A stretch of 64,000 bases of DNA from a virus (taxonomy: Duplodnaviria > Heunggongvirae > Uroviricota > Caudoviricetes), in the IMG/VR virus record IMGVR_UViG_3300042890_004094; one strand, given 5' to 3'. Shown here in pieces: positions 62,766-64,000 of the stretch. Below the pieces are notes generated by a model. It made no database searches, was not told where the DNA came from, and saw nothing but the letters and a program-made list of their open reading frames with translations. Every line of letters starts with the position of its first letter. The first letter of the stretch is position 1. A program made the translations under genes and the position numbers.

Positions 62766-64000
62766 TATAATTTATAATATTGCATTATATTATTTTCCAT
62801 TGCTGCTCTATACATTTGACAATCCTCTGGAATAATTATTACTTCTGATATAGTCCTATCCCAAGCACTTACTGCGTTTGGAGTAATAGCTCCTATACAT
62901 CCTTGAACACTATTAGTATTAGATGTTCTAGTACCTGTCGATTGTCCATTAATACCTAATAATCTTTGGATACTATTTTCTCTATGGTCAACAAAATTAT
63001 TCCTATAATCTAAATAAACACTATATAAAAAGTTTCCAGCTCTAAGAGGTCTAGAAACTGCTGACGTAAATGATTGACCATCTATTCTGGTATAGTCAAT
63101 CAATACATTATTAGTGGTTACTTGGTTGCTTATTCTAAACCTAGGATTAGTAGATGTTGAAGAAGGAATATTTATTACACCTCTTTGATTATAATAACTA
63201 GTACTCGATTGATTAACCACCGCAAAGCAAGTAACACCTTCAACATTTCTAAGTAAATCAGTTGGTGAAAATAATAAACTTCTAGAAACATTAGAGGTAA
63301 TAGTATTACTAGTTGGAAAACCACCTAGTAGCTCTAGTAAACCACCCCACATAATTCTTGGTTGATTTATTAAAGTTGGTTGCGTTGCATGTCTATCATT
63401 AAATTGGTCATACAATGTTGTAATATACCCACTTCCTGTCATATCTATTGTGGTTGAAGTATATGATTTTGAAATATGGTCACGGTAAACTTGAACACCA
63501 TATAAATAAAAAGAAGAACCATTACCCACATAGCTTAAATAATTAGTAGCGGTAGTTGATGTATAAAAATTTAAAAGCAGACCAGTATCAAGTCTACCTC
63601 CAATTATAGGTGAAAAATTCTCTTCAATTAAAAACCACCCATCTGGTAATGTGGTTACAGTTATCACTGAGTTTGAACCCCAGTTAGTGTTAACTTGTGT
63701 AACAACTCCTGTGGTAAAATTTAAAGATCTATAACAAAATTGTCCACTTGGACTAAAAAATAATCTATATGTCATAAAACTAGACACATTTGCTTTTACA
63801 TAAAATTTTAATGTACTTTTACCAAAATTTAGTGGTATGGTTCCACTGTAAAATATTAAAGAATTTGCTGATATGTTATGATTAGTTGTTCCCGTAACAT
63901 CAGTAAGTAAAGATGCTGTTATGGCACCATTAATTGGGTTAGCGATAACATTATCAGTTACGGTAATATTAGTTTTTGTCCAATTAGTATTATTATAAGC
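62765..64000 (-). CDS. Hypothetical Asn/Ser/Thr-rich protein, 5'-partial (reading frame stays open to the window edge; the track start at 63787 is an internal GTG)
   Basis: Translating the minus strand from 64000 in the same frame gives 71 stop-free codons (AYNNTNWTKTNITVTDNVIANPING...) before the annotated start. Confidence 0.6.
   Translation of the reverse strand, partial: AYNNTNWTKTNITVTDNVIANPINGAITASLLTDVTGTTNHNISANSLIFYSGTIPLNFGKSTLKFYVKANVSSFMTYRLFFSPSGQFCYRSLNFTTGVVTQVNTNWGSNSVITVTTLPDGWFLIEENFSPIIGGRLDTGLLLNFYTSTTATNYLSYVGNGSSFYLYGVQVYRDHISKSYTSTTIDMTGSGYITTLYDQFNDRHATQPTLINQPRIMWGGLLELLGGFPTSNTITSNVSRSLLFSPTDLLRNVEGVTCFAVVNQSSTSYYNQRGVINIPSSTSTNPRFRISNQVTTNNVLIDYTRIDGQSFTSAVSRPLRAGNFLYSVYLDYRNNFVDHRENSIQRLLGINGQSTGTRTSNTNSVQGCIGAITPNAVSAWDRTISEVIIIPEDCQMYRAAMENNIMQYYKL

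Noticed and set aside
1-64000. CRISPR array
   Set aside because: No regularly spaced direct repeats with unique spacers. The only tandem repeats are coding (LRR units, SGT linker) or the short TTGATT repeats at 15325-15350.
1-64000. tmRNA (ssrA) gene to partner the SmpB homologue
   Set aside because: Outside 2038-3622 I found no additional GGTTCGAnTCC T-arm-like element with an upstream tag-peptide frame. The insertion-bearing tRNA-like gene at 2676-2809 is far too short. tmRNA may be elsewhere in the genome.
1-64000. Stop-codon reassignment (as in some megaphages and crAss-like phages)
   Set aside because: Very long ORFs (up to 1911 aa) are uninterrupted under the standard code on both strands, so no recoding is needed to explain the gene structure.
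1-64000. Nucleocytoplasmic large DNA virus (Mimiviridae-like) origin
   Set aside because: Despite the tRNAs, aaRS, DnaJ and NAD ligase, the window carries a bacterial sigma-70-family factor, SmpB, bacterial-type TyrRS and a T9SS sorting domain. It lacks SD sequences in the Bacteroidota fashion. A bacteriophage or Bacteroidota-associated element fits better. No capsid or polymerase genes are present to decide.
1-64000. Integrated prophage boundaries (integrase, att sites at a tRNA)
   Set aside because: No integrase or recombinase ORF, and no direct repeat of a tRNA 3' end, were seen. The odd tRNA-like fragments at 2676-2809 and 3377-3469 were considered as att remnants, but both have complete acceptor stems.

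Overview
This is a strongly AT-rich, densely coding 64-kb stretch that most resembles a large dsDNA virus or jumbo phage of a Bacteroidota-type host. Host-derived DNA or an endosymbiont cannot be excluded from this window alone.

Bases 2038-3622 on the minus strand carry a compact array of 16 tRNA or tRNA-like genes. One contains a ~58-nt insertion and one is an aberrant 93-nt form. Two related copies of a promoter-like motif, micro-ORF and terminator module lie within and just upstream of the array.

Almost all genes are oriented away from this array. Adjacent stop and start codons frequently overlap as TAATG, and no Shine-Dalgarno sequences are visible.

Recognisable genes include a bacterial-type tyrosyl-tRNA synthetase and a YqeY/GatB-domain protein. 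There is SmpB, but no tmRNA is visible. Others are thioredoxin, a sigma-70-family factor, an NAD-dependent DNA ligase and a multi-S1-domain (ribosomal protein S1-like) protein. Further calls are an SPFH/flotillin protein, dephospho-CoA kinase, M16- and M28-like peptidases and an HD-domain protein. There is also a Sir2-family protein, a DnaJ-like protein, a Rad50/SbcC-like ATPase with a zinc hook and a T5orf172-domain protein. The largest is a 1271-aa glycosyltransferase with a C-terminal methyltransferase-like domain.

The rest is mostly very large Asn/Ser/Thr-rich proteins that look like virion fibres or adhesins. One 1093-aa protein has a signal peptide and a type-B T9SS C-terminal sorting domain, which is a Bacteroidota signature. 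One is a BspA-type LRR protein. Two carry many W-x-N-G-x-F-N-G-G repeats. A 713-aa protein has an SGT-repeat linker and a C-terminal Hint/intein-like domain.

Three proteins share a GS...NDID nucleotidyltransferase motif, and two of them are a tandem duplicate.

A conserved AT-rich motif (TTTTAATATATAG, often fused as TATATAGTTTATG to the start codon) recurs upstream of at least ten genes. It looks like a virus-specific promoter producing leaderless or short-leader mRNAs.

All calls are from manual reading. tRNA anticodons were folded by hand and need tRNAscan-SE confirmation.
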